Shown here one piece after another: positions 1-13,914 of a stretch of 64,000 bases of DNA (position 1 is the first letter of the stretch; each line of letters begins with the position of its first letter). The notes beneath the pieces are model-generated. The model did not search any database. It saw nothing but the letters and a program-made list of their open reading frames with translations, and was not told where the DNA came from. Origin of the DNA: Hemiscyllium ocellatum (lineage: Eukaryota); the NCBI RefSeq assembly GCF_020745735.1, contig NC_083428.1, positions 21,328,001 through 21,392,000 of the forward strand. Direction: 5' to 3'. The translations under genes were made by a program, and so were the position numbers.

Positions 1-160
1 TTGTGTTCAGGGATGTGTAGACTAGATGGATTAGCCATAGGAAATACAGGGTTACAGGGATAGAGTAGGAATGGGTCTGGGTGGGATGCTCTTCGGATGG
101 TCGGTGTGCACTTGATGGGCTGAATGGCCTGCTCCCACATTGCAGGGATTCTATGATTCT
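1..160 (+). mobile_element. 3' part of a HE1-family SINE (CR1/HER1-derived tail)
   Basis: gatgtgtag..gattagccatagg...gatgggctgaatggcctgctccc...gggattctatgattct. Confidence 0.65.
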
Positions 161-1194
161 AAATGATTCACTAAAATCTGCCACATGCAGCTTCAGAATA
201 CAGGAAGGATCTCATTGCCAGTGGCTGTAAAAGACAACAAACTTCCATGACTAGTGCTTCTTTCATGTTGTAGTTGTAGGAATTGTGGCATTTTGCAATT
301 TGACATCCACATGCTGTATAATGGAAGTTCATTGAAACTGTCTAAAGAAAACATATTACAGTTCTGTTTTGTTTTGACAGAGAGCAGCCAGAAGAAGGAA
401 CACGTAACTTTGCAAGGATTTCAGACTACTCCAGTGTAGAGAGTCACATCACTTTGCTGGTGCTGCACATATTGTCTGAGGTCTATTGGAACTGAAAAGG
501 ATTCTATTTCCTCAGCTGTTATCTGACCATACTGAGAGAATGTAGGTCAATGTGCAGTTTGCTGGCAGCAGCCAATGTACATCCATTGTCATTGAGCTAC
601 GATTGCAGACCAAAGGATGCTTCTCCCTGACAAAAGCAATCCACCAATGACTTGGCTCATGGCTCTAGTGTGCAACTCACAAACATACAGGTTTGCAGTA
701 TGCATACAATGAGAGCTATGCAATGGGGGAAACCATTGGCATGCTGAAACAAGACTTGTTGCTCTGGAAGAGTCCTGCAGTACTCTAAAGAAGGGTTCCA
801 AGATTTATAGTGGCCTGCATCTATACAATTGATGCCACAAAATGTAGGCTAACTTAACACCTGCCAGGCTCTCTTGATTTTGTGTTGAAAAGGGATGCTG
901 GGATTAACTGTACAATGACTGAAACTTTAGAGATTAGAATAAAGAAATTAGAAGGTGCTGAGATTCAACTATGCAGGAGCCAGAGCAAAAAGATTAGTCA
1001 GATGGAAGTTCACCAGAGGGTGAGACTGAAAATTTGTTAGGCTACAGAGAATCTCATTAGTGACGTGGCGAGAAGGAGGTGAATATCTCATCAAGATCAA
1101 ATTGCCAAATTATTTCTTCTTCTCACTGCCTCTCTCTCCATCTCTACGGATGAGGGAAGGGGTAATTCTGCTTCAAGTTGAAATGGATCATAAA

Positions 1195-1440
1195 AACATA
1201 AAAAAATAAGAAATAAGGGCAAGAGTAAGTAATTTGCTCCAATGAACCTGCTGTGCCATTCAGTAAAATCATTGCTGATCTGATTGTGGCCACTTTTCTG
1301 CCGGTGCCAGCTCCAACACTCAAAGAGAATAAGCCTTGATCCCTGTGTAGATCATAATTCTGATAAACTCAGTCTTCAATATATTCAATAATCTAGCCTC
1401 CATTGTTCTATGGAAAAGAGAATTTCAAAGATTAACAATG
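1195..1440 (-). mobile_element. Old CR1-type LINE 3' end
   Basis: aacataa..ataagaaataagggcaagagtaag...gccattcagtaaaatcattgctgatctg; same family at 9365, 16130 and 23915. Confidence 0.6.
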
Positions 1441-1540
1441 ACCTGATTGAACAGTGGATTAATCTTGAGGGGATGTTTGTATCTCCCCTCTTTGGCTTCT
1501 GTTTGCTTGTTTTTTTCTGCCCCGGCTGCTTCTTGTTTGA

Positions 1541-1860
1541 TAGATTAGATTAGATTAGACTTACAGTGTGGAAACAGGCCCTTCGGCCCAACAAGTCCAC
1601 ACCGACCCGCCGAAGCGCAACCCACCCATACCCCTACATTTATCCCTTACCTAACACTACGGGCAATTTAGCATGGCCAATTCACCTGACCCGCACATCT
1701 TTGTGACTGTGGGAGGAAACCGGAGCACCCGGAGGAAACCCACGCAGACACGGGGAGAACGTGCAAACTCCACACAGTCAGTCGCCTGAGTCGGGAATTG
1801 AACCCGGGTCTACAGGCGCTGTGAGGCAGCAGTGCTAACCACTGTGCCACCGTGCCGCCC
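1541..1860 (-). mobile_element. HE1-type V-SINE, full length, young
   Basis: On - strand: tRNA-like head gggcggcacggtggcacagtggttagcac with B box ggttcaattcc, V-domain tgtgtggagtttgcacgttctccccgtgtc, (TCTAA)n tail; CpGs retained. Confidence 0.92.
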
Positions 1861-2690
1861 TTTGCATAGCTGTGGTAAGAACTGTTCCCTCATAATCATG
1901 ATTTTGTGCGGCATATACAAAATTACTCCAATGTTCGAAATCCACTTAGGTGGCTATTGCAAAGCTCCACCTCCTGATTCAGTTTTGGATTAAAAGTGAT
2001 TCACATTCAGAGTTGGATTATAAATGATTCACATTCAGATCTATATTCAGAGTGAAACAGGCAGCAGAAGCATTGCTGAAGAAAGCAGAATGTTCTGCAA
2101 TGTTCCTTGTGGTATTATGGCTCTCACCATTGGTCTTGTTTGCATGTGTGTGATTTTCAAACAGGAGCCATCAGCTACTCATGTAGATAACATTTTTTGT
2201 CGAGTCATCTATCTTGTTGTGGTGGGTCAAACACAGTGGCACAGAGGACTGCAGCAGAATGAAGGAACTGTGACTGCTGTCAATATAGGAAGTATTTATT
2301 TGCATAATGCACTGCCTATATTACATAGCAGCTATACATTGAGGAACTGGAATCCTTCTTCATGCAGCTTATCACCCATATGCAAACCTCTTTACCAAGA
2401 GGGCACTTAGCACACTTTACATTGGAAATGCATGGACATATTGGAACAGAACCAATGTAGTATCTAATAATGGGTCTTACATGGCTCAGTTTAGCCCTTA
2501 AGTTATCATCTATTCAGATCTGAAGGGATTCCTGAGAACAAAGGAATATGTGATGGATAAATTATTTGAGTGAGAATTGATTGTTTAAATGCAGGGAGCT
2601 GTAACCAATAGTGTTCACTTTTATGGAGGGTGGTTAGCTGAAATAAGTGTGGACACTGTCCAAAAACATTTATCTTCTAATGTACATCAG

Positions 2691-4330
2691 TGGTAGCACA
2701 GGAAGATTGAGTCAAAATGAAAAGCTTAGAAAAGTGAAAAGATTAGCTATCTCTGAGTGTGAATCTTATGACCAATGGAAGAATGAAGTAATTATGTGGA
2801 TCGGGGCGACTTGTTTACTGAAGAAGAAAAAGGCATGACCTTAGCTTTCATTACCATATGGAAGCAAAAAGTCTTTTTTTATAATGGAATTGCAGCCAGA
2901 TGATTTGAATGCAGATTGAATGTTTGATAAAATTTACCAAAAAGATAGCTTACTGATTGTTTGTGAAATGTTGTTGGATTTTGAAATATTTAGGAAGACT
3001 GAGGATAGTATCATGGAAGATTACATAATGGAATTCTGTACATTGTTTGAAAGACTGCAAAAATAACACTTGGAATTTCTACAATCTGGACTGACATTTA
3101 AGTTTTTGATCAGTGTCAAAGTATTGAGTATGGATAGACTTCGGATTTTGATGTGTGTTAAATTTGCAGATATACAAATTGCTAGAATAAATGTTGGAAA
3201 CATTTAAAAAAAACCTTAGGCGTACATTCCTTTCCAGAAGTATTTGTAGCACGAAGGTGGCAATCAGGATGAAGGCAAAAAATTGAGGACTTAGTATTAA
3301 CAAATTAACAAGACTGTCTAAATATGAAATGGAAACAAACGTGTGAAAGGAGAACTGTAACTAATAGAAATTAGGTCAGAAATGCTATTGATGATTTTGA
3401 GAATAAAGAGAATGAACCTCAGAAATGCCCAGAGTGTCATCGAATGATATTCCAGGTTAAAGTCAAAGTACCATTAAGCCATGATTCATCCCAAATGCTG
3501 TAATAGAGTATTCAATACTAAAAATGAAATGTAAGATTAAGATGACGATGGAGATCCATATCAAAAGAGGGCATTGTTTTGGTCTCAACAATCTTCGGCT
3601 GAGTGATGAATAAGTTGGTGACAGAGTCTTTCTATTGTGCTATATGAGACAGTAGTTTCATGGCTACAGTACGTGCAAGTGGGTATGATAACATAACAAA
3701 ATCATTGAAAAGTGATCATTCCTTGTAAAATAGCCAGAATCAATCATTTTATTAGTGCACATATGTTGTGTTCAGTGAAATACCATTGTTATTAAGTAGA
3801 TCATCAATTAAGAAAGCACAGCTGATTTCTTCACTAAATAAATTTCAAGAGGTTATATTGATATTGGTGTGGAAATTTAGAAGACAAAAATCAATTATAT
3901 TAAAATTACACAGGCAATTTGTCTCTCCACCCTCTTAAAATGTTAAATTTTCATAAGTATGCAGGACAAGGGATGGGGAATGCAATAGATTTGAGACTTT
4001 TAAGAAGCACAATGTGACAGCTTGCAGTAGTCTGCCCATAGCAAGAGATTTCAAAGAGGTAGTGGCTCTGGATTTAAAGGTAAACACTTAAAGGAAAAAA
4101 GAAACACTTTGACATTACATTTTGTAGAATTGGCAACCAAGTTTTTAGTCAACAACGATACATAATAAACAGTCAAAAGTAATTATGGCTAATGTAATGC
4201 AAAGGTCTAAATTTGTACGAACAACAAAATTTCTCACTGATAATGGGGTGAATTTCCTCACAGTTAAATAAGACGTGTGTGTGAATATGAACATGAATAG
4301 TTTTGTATATGGCAGCAAAAATTCCTTTTT
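2691..4330 (+). mobile_element. Decayed Copia (GalEa-like) LTR retrotransposon: PBS, gag, protease, integrase remnants
   Basis: PBS TGGTAGCACAGGA; fragmentary translations YDQWKNEVIMW, FDKIYQKDSL, MEDYIMEF (gag); CAI*DSS, VVFSEIPLLLSRSSIKKA (protease); KLHRQF, SLPIARDFKEVVALDL, LHFVELATKF, KFLTDNGVNF (integrase); PR directly followed by IN is the Copia order; many stops and frameshifts. Confidence 0.75.
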
Positions 4331-4849
4331 GCACGACATCGTCATATGTGGGAAAATGTACTTTCAGTGCAGTGAGATAGTTCTATTGTAAATGTAATTT
4401 AATCATTTACAATGAGGAAAACCATGACACTAAAAATGACAAAGATAATTGAAAATAAGGCTTTATTGATATACTATGGACAGGACTTAAGTATATTATG
4501 AACATGACTCATTGTTCAATTCATGTATGTGTTCATTTGGGCAGTACTCACAGAAAAATTATAAGCATGCCCTTTCAACATACTTTTAAGCTTTGAGTAC
4601 AAATAGCAACAATGGAAATCTCTCATGTCTGTGCATTTCAGTGTGTGCCATATACTACAAAAGGTGCATCAACAATCATGAATGTTACATTATTTACAAT
4701 TTTTCTAATGTCATGGTGGGATTCTTTTCAAGTGTCAACAAACTTTTTTTTAAATAAACTAATTGATTTCCACCAACTAATACTATGGAAGGACATAACC
4801 TGAAATTATTCACTTGCCATCATTGCTTAATAAAAAAAATCCTATAGTC

Positions 4850-5005
4850 AACAACACAAGAACAGATTATTTGATTATTATCACGTGGCTACTTGTGGGA
4901 GCTTGCTGTGTGTAATTTGGCTATTTAGTTTCCTACATGACAACAGTGACTTTGCTTCAAAAATACTTCAGTGCTTCATAACATCCGTGGATTGCAATAG
5001 CAGTG
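4850..5005 (+). mobile_element. DeuSINE/SacSINE1-like 3' fragment
   Basis: ttgtgggagcttgctgtgtgtaatttggct...caacagtgactttgcttcaaaaatacttca; related tails at ~42660-42740(-), 43370-43600(-), 51120-51210(+). Confidence 0.55.
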
Positions 5006-7308
5006 AGGTTTCTTTATCATCACTTTTATTTATAGCCATGGCAGTGAGCTGAAACTGACCCACTGATTTTGAACTTAATTGTTCAACATGTTAGGGACCT
5101 TTTCCATTGAATGTCAGTTTATTCCTCAGAGAAATTAACTACAGAAACATGCTTCATACATTTGGTCACTTCCAATTGGCTTGTTTCAAGCATTTTAATG
5201 ACATTCTAATGAATGTGGTGCAGATCTGTACTTTAAAAATACCAAGTATGTGACTATCTTGATGAGCCATGGGTTAATTGCAACAACAAATAATCAGCAA
5301 CTTCTAAAAATCATAATCTAGTCAAATTCTTGAAGTTGAAAACAAAATGAAACATCCAAAATGACTAAACAACTATCAAGCAAAAGATAAAGGATGCACT
5401 TTTGTTTCAGGGACATTACTGCTGTATATTCTCATGTCCAAAACATGAGACAACAGGGAGATAAAAATCTTTTACACATGAATACTTAGGATTTGGAATT
5501 GACTTCTTGACAGGGGAATGAATACAAAATCATTGCCTTCAAAAGAGAATGTAATGAATAAAGTGACCTCTATCATCGAAAAACTGCTTCTCAGGCTTTA
5601 AGCATGAATGAAGAAGAATCATGCCACCAACTGAATTATTAAAGAGAAGAACTCTCTAAAGTAATCCTTCCAAATATTTTGCAGTATTATAATGCTTTTT
5701 TAAAATGTGAGATCAATTAGAATTAATAACTAAACGCGTCAAAGAAAAGTGCTTTTACACTCCATGTATTTGACTACTCACAAACATTGTTACTTGAAAT
5801 AGATCAAAATTACAGGGGTCTGGGGTAGGAATAGAAGAGAGATACTAACTGGACTGTTCTTCTAAAGTGTAGACACACACTTACTAGACCAAATGGCTTT
5901 GTTCTGTGCTGTTAGATTTTATGATTCTGTATCTCACAGTGAAAAGGAATGTGTGAATCTTTGGGGATGACAGAACATGAGGATATTCCCTTGCTAGTTC
6001 TACTTTCTGAGCATTATGTTCCAGTTTCAATTAATTTGCGAATGCAAAGCCAGAGAATAGAAAGCCGATTCCAAATTTAGAGACCATTTAGCTATAAAGC
6101 AGGAAATACATTAAAATCAGGTTTTAATATATGTAATGAAAGTTATTGTTCCATCATGTCAGCTATCATCGCAGGTCTTGCTATTTTTACAATCTACAAT
6201 GTTAGTCAGATTTTTGGTTCATTATAATGGGAGTTTTAAAAAATTTATGTTACATATGCACAAAATCTAAAGGGCAAGAACATTAAATGCAGCTGCAAAA
6301 CAAAGATTTTAAGTGAATTGGAAAATCAGTAGATTATTGATGCTAATTCTGTGGATGGGTTATTGCAATTTATGCATAGCACTGAGATGACTTACGGACT
6401 ATTTTATCTTCAGTATTTAAGGGCTGGGTGGACATAGGATGAAACTCTTTGAAAAATGTTGTATTATATTTATGTCCAACTGAACAGGTAGATACAGCAT
6501 TGGTTCAACATTTCATTCAAATAACAATAAAACTTTCTTTCCTTTAGAACTGCAGCAAGTTTCAGCTTAGATTACATACTTAATCATGGGATTTTGAAAA
6601 TAAGCATAATTTTTCCATCTTACTTGGAAGAGTTTTGTAAAATATTGTGTCAAATAACCTATTTATATTTATGCAGGGTATTAAACTTCTTTTGTTGTTT
6701 TGATAAGCTGACATTTGTCACTGATAATTGATTCAGAGGATTTAAACATGAATAATGAAAAATCAGATCACCAATTGAATTATCACAGAGAAGAACTTTC
6801 TAAAATAATTCTACTAATAATTTGCAGTATTTTACACATACTCAAATGTGCAAATAAGCAACATTTTAAGATATGATTATTTATCTTTTCAAAGCAAAAT
6901 GCCTTTTCACAATATGTTATCAGAAAGAAGTAATGTGATAATATTAATTCTAATGTAATTGCAGAACAACTGCAGGAATTTTAAACAAATTTGAACACTT
7001 ACAAACTATAATGAAATAGTGTATGGCACCTTTGAGTAGTCTCTCACAGGTACGAATCCTTCACGTGTATCATTATCTCGTTGTTATAACAGCATCCAGG
7101 ATGACTTGGCCTTACCTGATTTTCTATTCATTTGAGTGAAAAAGGGCTTAGTCAACTTCTCCCAAAGCAATAATATTGATTAATCTGGCAGAATTTCCTG
7201 TTACTGTTACGACCAGGAGAAAATAAGACTGGTTTACAATCTTGGTGTTGATGACATTAGACTAAGTCTCGACTTGTGTAACAGATTGCAATTGTTAACT
7301 TTTTTTTA

Positions 7309-7627
7309 TTAGATTCCCTACAGTGTGGAAACAGGCCCTTCAGCCCAGCAAGTCCACACTGACTCTCCGAAGAGTAACCCACCCAGACCCATTCCTGTAC
7401 CCTATATTTACCCTGACTAATGCACCTAAACTATGGGCAATTTAGCATAGGCAATTCACCTAAACTGCACATGTTTGGATTGTGGGGGGAAGCCAGAGCA
7501 CCTGGTGGAAACCCACGCAGATACAGGGAGAACATGCAAACTCTACACAATCACCCAAGGCTGGAATCGAAACCCGGGTCCCTGGCGCTGTGGGGCAACA
7601 GTGCTAACCACCGAGCCACCGTGCCAC
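7309..7627 (-). mobile_element. HE1-type SINE (older subfamily)
   Basis: Same head, V-domain and tail as 1541-1860, more diverged. Confidence 0.9.
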
Positions 7628-8331
7628 TCCACAGAATTATTATTGCAAACTTATCATCTACAGCACAGAGTTCTGGTGTGCTTTAACACCATGCCATTCT
7701 TTTCATTCTATTCAAAATATGTTTTTCACCCTTTTCAGTCTCAAACTATCTTACATGTGGTACTCTATATTATTGCTTAAGCAAGATGGCATTCAAATAA
7801 CATGTGCCTAGGGCTTTCTACTATTTAAATGAATCTGATTACAGGTTGTAGTATAAAGCACCCTTGCATATCTCATCTCTAATATTGACCTATGACTACA
7901 AAAGTTGCTTTAAGCAACTCTTTCTAAAACAACCTGTGTGACACAGGACGTTGCTATACCAGTTTATTGTACCACATGTTTCTGAATTAACTTTCTGAAT
8001 CATTTGGCAAAGTGATAAAATAAGCTACATTTATTTTTAAATTCTAGCAACTCAGATATTACCCTTAATCCCAGAATAAACACTTGAGGGATTTTGAGGT
8101 CACATCTGTTTGTTATAAGAGAATAAATTCTGTACCAACTTTAATCTAGAGCTCATTTACGGATTGCAGTAGATTGTGCCAACACTGATTACAGCACATA
8201 TTTGGGAAAATCTACATATCTGCAATATCAACACGTTCATCTGAAGATTACAATGAAAACATTCATTTTAATTTAATACTATTTTATACTTTACACTGAT
8301 TAAATGTTTCAGATACCCTAAAATGCTATTT

Positions 8332-8632
8332 GATTAGATTACTTACAGTGTGGAAACAGGCCCTTCGGCCCAACAAGTCCACACCGACCTGCCAAAGCGC
8401 AACCCACCCATTCCCCTACATTTACCCCTTTACCTACCACTACGGGCAATTTAGCATGGCCAATTCACCTGACCTGCACATCTTTGGACTGTGGGAGGAA
8501 ACCAGAGCACCCAGAGGGGGGCCCACGCAGACACGGGGAGAATGTGCAAACTTCACACAGTCAGTCGCCTGAGTCGGGAATTGAACCCGGGTCTTTGGCA
8601 CAGCGAGGCAGCAGTGCTAACCACTGTGCCAC
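8332..8632 (-). mobile_element. HE1-type SINE
   Basis: Highly similar to 1541-1860. Confidence 0.9.
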
Positions 8633-9364
8633 CCAGAAATTCCTACCTATCTATATTTATTGAACAACTGTTTCTTCAAAACACATATACCAACAAAATG
8701 AACACAGAAAGAAATAAATTGAAATCATATAATGTCTTTCAGGGAATTCTAAAATGCTTTGCAGCCAATGAAGTGTAATCATTGTTACAACATAGGACAC
8801 TATCGCCTGTATCAGTTTGACCTTTCCTCTCATCTCTCTCGGTTTATGTTGTTCCACATTCCTTCTAAATATACATAGTTACTTCAATTTGTCATTAACA
8901 GTATTTTATTGACTCTAGTTAAAGATTTTACAGTATGATTGTTACTGCATAACGAACATTGCAGCTGAGGATTTATAGCTTAATGGTTATTAATTGTATT
9001 AGGAAAAAATCATAACTTTTTGGGGGTTTTCATAGTGCAACACTGATTACAAATAAAGAACATAGCAACTACAAGGTCACTATGACAATTAATCTAAGAT
9101 TACTTCTGATATTAATATTGCCTTCCTAATCTCTGATTTTCACATGTTTCATCAATTCCTTGGAGCTTGAACTCACCTTGTTTCTAGTGTTAGGATCATG
9201 AATTCATAGCTTGTAAGTGGAACTTCGGGAAATAAACCCACATATAACTTCTCTCTGGTAAAGCATGCAAGCATATCAACCAGCCAGCCACTGGAACTTA
9301 TTGCTATGTGTTTTGAAGTGTTGCTCATAGGATGAAATTTTAAAATACATTTCAAGACTTTAAG

Positions 9365-9690
9365 ACATAGGATTAGAAATTAGGCATTCAGCTCATTGAG
9401 TCTGCTCCACCATTCAATCATGGCTGCTAAGTTTCTCCAACACATTCTCCTGCTTTCTCCCCTTGATACCCAAGAATCTGTCTATCTCAGTCTTAAACAT
9501 ACCCAATGACTTTGCGTTCACAACATTCTGTGCCAATGAATTCCATAGATTCACCATTCTCTGACAGAGGAAGTTTTGCCTTATTTCCATTCTAAAAGGT
9601 CTTCCCTTTACTCTAAGGGTCCCTTGGGACCCAGCCTATCCTCCCAATGGAAACATCTTCCCAACCTCTACTCTGTCCAGGCCATTTTGG
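9365..9690 (-). mobile_element. CR1-type LINE 3' end
   Basis: taagacataggattagaaattaggcattcagc...gaattccatagattcaccattctctg; inverse of the 61951-62304 family. Confidence 0.7.
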
Positions 9691-12654
9691 AAGCATTAAT
9701 AACACTATTAGCAGTTAACATTTAACAACCAGCATTTTGTAGCACTTTTAATAATTTTGTTGGTAAATGTGTTTTGAAGAAATATGGATAGGTAGGAAAA
9801 TCAAATAGCATTTTATGGTATCTGAAACATTTAATCAGTGTAAAGTATAAAATAGTATTAAATTAAAATAAGTGTTTTCATTGTAATCTTCAGATGAACA
9901 TGTTGATACTGCAGATATGTGGATTTTTCCAAATATATGCTCTCATAAATGTTGGCACAATCTGCTAAAAGGTCCTAAATGCTTCACAGGAGCATGATCA
10001 AACATGAGACTAAGACAAAGAAGGAATTACAACGATGGATGGCCAAGTGCAAGTAATGATGCAGAACTTGAAAAAATAACATATTGCAAAAGATTCAGCT
10101 AGTAGAATTCAAGTAGAGACTAATTGGTCGATGGGGTTAAGCAGAACCAGTTAGAGCTTGGCAAAATTAGTCCCCAGGAGATGAGGTATGTGGGAAAGTG
10201 GGTGAAAGAAAAGGATACAGCATTTGGATATTTGCATGTGAGGAGGTAGGGATGAGTGCCTTGGAGGACTCTTAGGAATTTGAGGAGATGCACAGATGGA
10301 AGTGGGCTTATCTAAATGGAGTAAAACTTGAGACATCAGCACAAGAACAGAACGTTATAAGAAAAGTAAAATGCTGCACCATTGATTTAGATTTGGTAAA
10401 GTACCTTAGACGAGAGACATGAAAGGAGGCATGACTAGACAATAAGAAGGAAAGGGAATAGAAGTATAGTGTCCAAGGAAAGTAACGAGAAATACAAAAC
10501 AAAAGATGGAAATACTAAGTTCACATCCAAGGCAAATAAAACTTACATGTAAAACATACCATACAATAGGTAAAAATGTCGATCTATATGTCCTCATCAT
10601 AAATGGAGAGTAGGAAGGAAACAAGTAAGACTGCAAAAGAATGCACTAGCAGGTTAGCTTTAAAAAGGTCAGCACATTCATAGGATGATTTGATCTACAT
10701 AATCCATATGATTTCTACATTGATACCACCTCACCAATACACCGTTTTCCTAACTTAAGAACACTAGTGAATGGCCTTAGATTCTTATGGAGGTTATTGT
10801 TTTCTAGTTTGACTAAATAATTGACAATAATGCTTAAGGGAAAATATTTAAAATAAGAATATTTTAGTCTATAGAGAGATTTATTTTAAAGAGTTATTTT
10901 CATTATTTAATTTTGCTAAAATAATCATACTGCCTTGACCAAGACTAAGTTTATCTTAGCTACAGTCCTCATTCTTTTCACACATACATACACATAAGCA
11001 CACTTATAAAATGTTATTCTCATGTGAAATACAACAAAATTATTCAAAGTCACAAAAATAATAAATTTCCATTATTTTAATTGCCTTCTTCTATTTGACA
11101 ATTGTTTTAAGGAAGCAATAATTCGCCAGATCTGCAGACTCCACTCTTATATCGCAACTCGTCCAGAAATAGCAACAGAACCCAGGGGCCATTAAAATGA
11201 AAAAGGACGAACAAGATTAACTATTAAATTCATATGTGAATGTGAAATAAATACTTCATCAAAAGTGACTCACTTGATATCTTTCAGATGTAAGGCAGTT
11301 CTATATAAAAGTCCTGATTTTATGTGGTGCTGAGGTCTCGAGCTGCCCCTCTCGTTCTTCTCTGTCTCAGTCTGGGACTGATGAGATGCAACAGGTGCCA
11401 GCTCCGGTAGAATCAAAATATCAGCCAATCCTGTGTGATAATCATCTACAACACAGTCACTATTGAAAGTAACTCTAGAATTGACGGGTAGGACTTGGAA
11501 TGGCCTGGGATTGAAGTATGTATTATTGGCATTAAGATCTTGAATTCTATCATCCTTTGGAACAGTTCACAATAAGAAAATCACTAGATGTTACTTTACT
11601 TTTTTTAAAATTTAATTCTCTTTTCTCTCTTCTAGGCTTAATGTGATGAGTTCATTCTGAAATTGTTACAAAATCTTTCCAGAGATTTCTGAAGCTCAAA
11701 GTCAAAATCTGTTATTCTAGCCATCACGACATGGGACGAATTGAAATAATTCAATTAATAGCATTATATAATGTGGTTTTGAATCTATTTTCCATTTCGA
11801 TTCTCTTTTCAGTCGAAACCACATTGCAAATTTTGGATACTCTTCATAGTATATTTGGTAAAGCTCCAAAACTATTGCAAATTAATTCATTTAGACCAAA
11901 ATGACACCAAGTCATGACATTCATTTGCAGAACTAGAGAAGGCACAATGGATCAAATGGTCTCCTTTTGTACCATAACAGTTCTGTGAAAATTCTGAACT
12001 TAGATAATAAGAATGAAAAGTAATCAACCTTTTTATGCATTTTCGTCCTTTCCACCGAAATTAGCAAAGAGGCAAGTATGAACCCAATTGTAACAGAGGA
12101 CTTGGTCAGCAAATTGAATTCTCCCACTCAGTACTTTCTGTGCCTTTGCTTCTTGTTTTCTCCAAGTGTTGTTCAAGATGGAGGAGTAATCATTGATCAA
12201 TTGAGAGAGATTATTTACTCCTGAATATTTGTTTACACTTCAAGTTGTTTTCATCGTGTGATTCCATTCAGAATGTGAAGACATGATCTATTTATATAAA
12301 GGTCTTAAAAGTGTCCATCATACTTCAGGTCTCCCTCTTCAGACTCTGCTGGCATAGAAAATGTAAACATATCACAACTGAACAGTCTTTAAAAAGCAGT
12401 GAACAATAGGGGAGAATTGTTTCCTGTTTTAACCTTGGACTATTGAAACACAATTTACAATAACAAAGAGACAAACCAAGCAGATGCTAGTGGAGGGCAT
12501 TCTTAAAATAATAATTAATGCCTATCTGATTTGTTATTCCAAAAATACACTTGTTTTATATCCAAAGTGTACATTACATAACAGATTAAATGTAATTGTG
12601 CATAGCATGCAGTTTATTTAAATATAGTACATGGATCTTAGAAACCCTACTTGC

Positions 12655-12950
12655 AAATAGAGACCATTCAGCCCACTGAGTTGACACCAACCCTCAGAGC
12701 ACCCTATCCAGAAACATAACCCCCGTTATCCTGCATTTTCCATGGCTAATCCACCAAGCCTACATATCCCTGGACCTCAGGGGCCAATCCATCTAACATG
12801 CACATAAAGTTGAACTGTGGGAGGAAACCGGAGCACCCAGCAGAAAACCACAAAAACACAGAGAGAATGTGCAAACTCCACACAGTCATCCAAGGCTGGA
12901 ATTGAACCTAGGCCCCTGGTGATGTGAGGCAGCAGTGCTAACCACTGAGT
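12655..12950 (-). mobile_element. HE1-type SINE (diverged)
   Basis: gggaggaaaccggagcaccc...tgcaaactccacacagtc...gaggcagcagtgctaaccactg. Confidence 0.85.
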
Positions 12951-13162
12951 CAAAACTTGCCTCACTGTACTTATTCTTTATATATACAATGCATGTTTAC
13001 ATTTCATAATCAAACATTCTCTGGCGCATACAACCCCAGGAATTTTAGACATTTCTAGTTCCTCAGTTTGTTATGAGAGAGTGCCTTGGAGCCTAACTGA
13101 CTTCCAGACATGTTAGGCTTTATTTCCCCTTGGTCAACAGAATGCAAGAGCAGACCACTTAT

Positions 13163-13465
13163 CAGCGGCACGGTGGCACACTGCTGCCTCACAGCGCCAG
13201 AGACCCGGGTTCAATTCCCGCCTCAGGCGACTGACTGTGTGGAGTTTGCACGTTCTCCCCGTGTCTGCGTGGGTTTCCTCTGGGTGCTCCGGTTTCCTCC
13301 CACAGTCACAAAGATGTGCGGGTCAGGTGAATTGGCCATGCTAAATTGCCCGCAGTGTTAGGTAAGGGGTAAATGTAGGGGTATGGGTGGGTTGCGCTTC
13401 GGCGGGTCAGTGTGGACTTGTTGGGCCGAAGGGCCTGTTTCCACACTGTAAGTAATCTAATCTAA
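13163..13465 (+). mobile_element. HE1-type SINE
   Basis: cagcggcacggtggcac(small deletion)ctgctgcctcacagcgcc...ggttcaattccc...ccacactgtaagtaatctaatct. Confidence 0.92.
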
Positions 13466-13914
13466 ATCTACAGCCATACTGCAGAACCCAGCCTAACTGA
13501 GCAACATAGTGTTCAATATTTGTTCATGTGTCAGATTAGTAATCGTTCATAGTCAGCTGTTAAGCCTCGGGTGTGCACAAAAATTGAAACTAGCTGAAAA
13601 TAAAAACTAGTTGCAAGCATGATTGCAGAAAATTTAAACCATTAGAAATAAAGCTCCCTTCAGCTAAAGGGCTGAATCTTACGGTGTTTTGACAAAGTGT
13701 AATTTTTGGCAAATTTTATAGAGTTTCCGTCCAAGAAGCTAACCCATTTCCTCACGCTATTGTCCCAGACTTACCATCATCAAATTATCTTCCCCTCCCC
13801 TCCACTCAGAATCTCTTTACCAAACCCTATTTGACTCCTCCATTACTCTTCAAACACCCATTGCATCTTCCCAAACATTAGCAGAAGGCGTAAAACCTGT
13901 GTTTTCACTAGTTT

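Noticed and set aside
1790-1860. tRNA-like A/B boxes as tRNA genes (also in other SINE heads)
   Set aside because: They continue into V-domain and LINE-derived tails; no full cloverleaf
11375-11420. CTGATGA as a hammerhead core
   Set aside because: No stem II or GAAA..UH downstream
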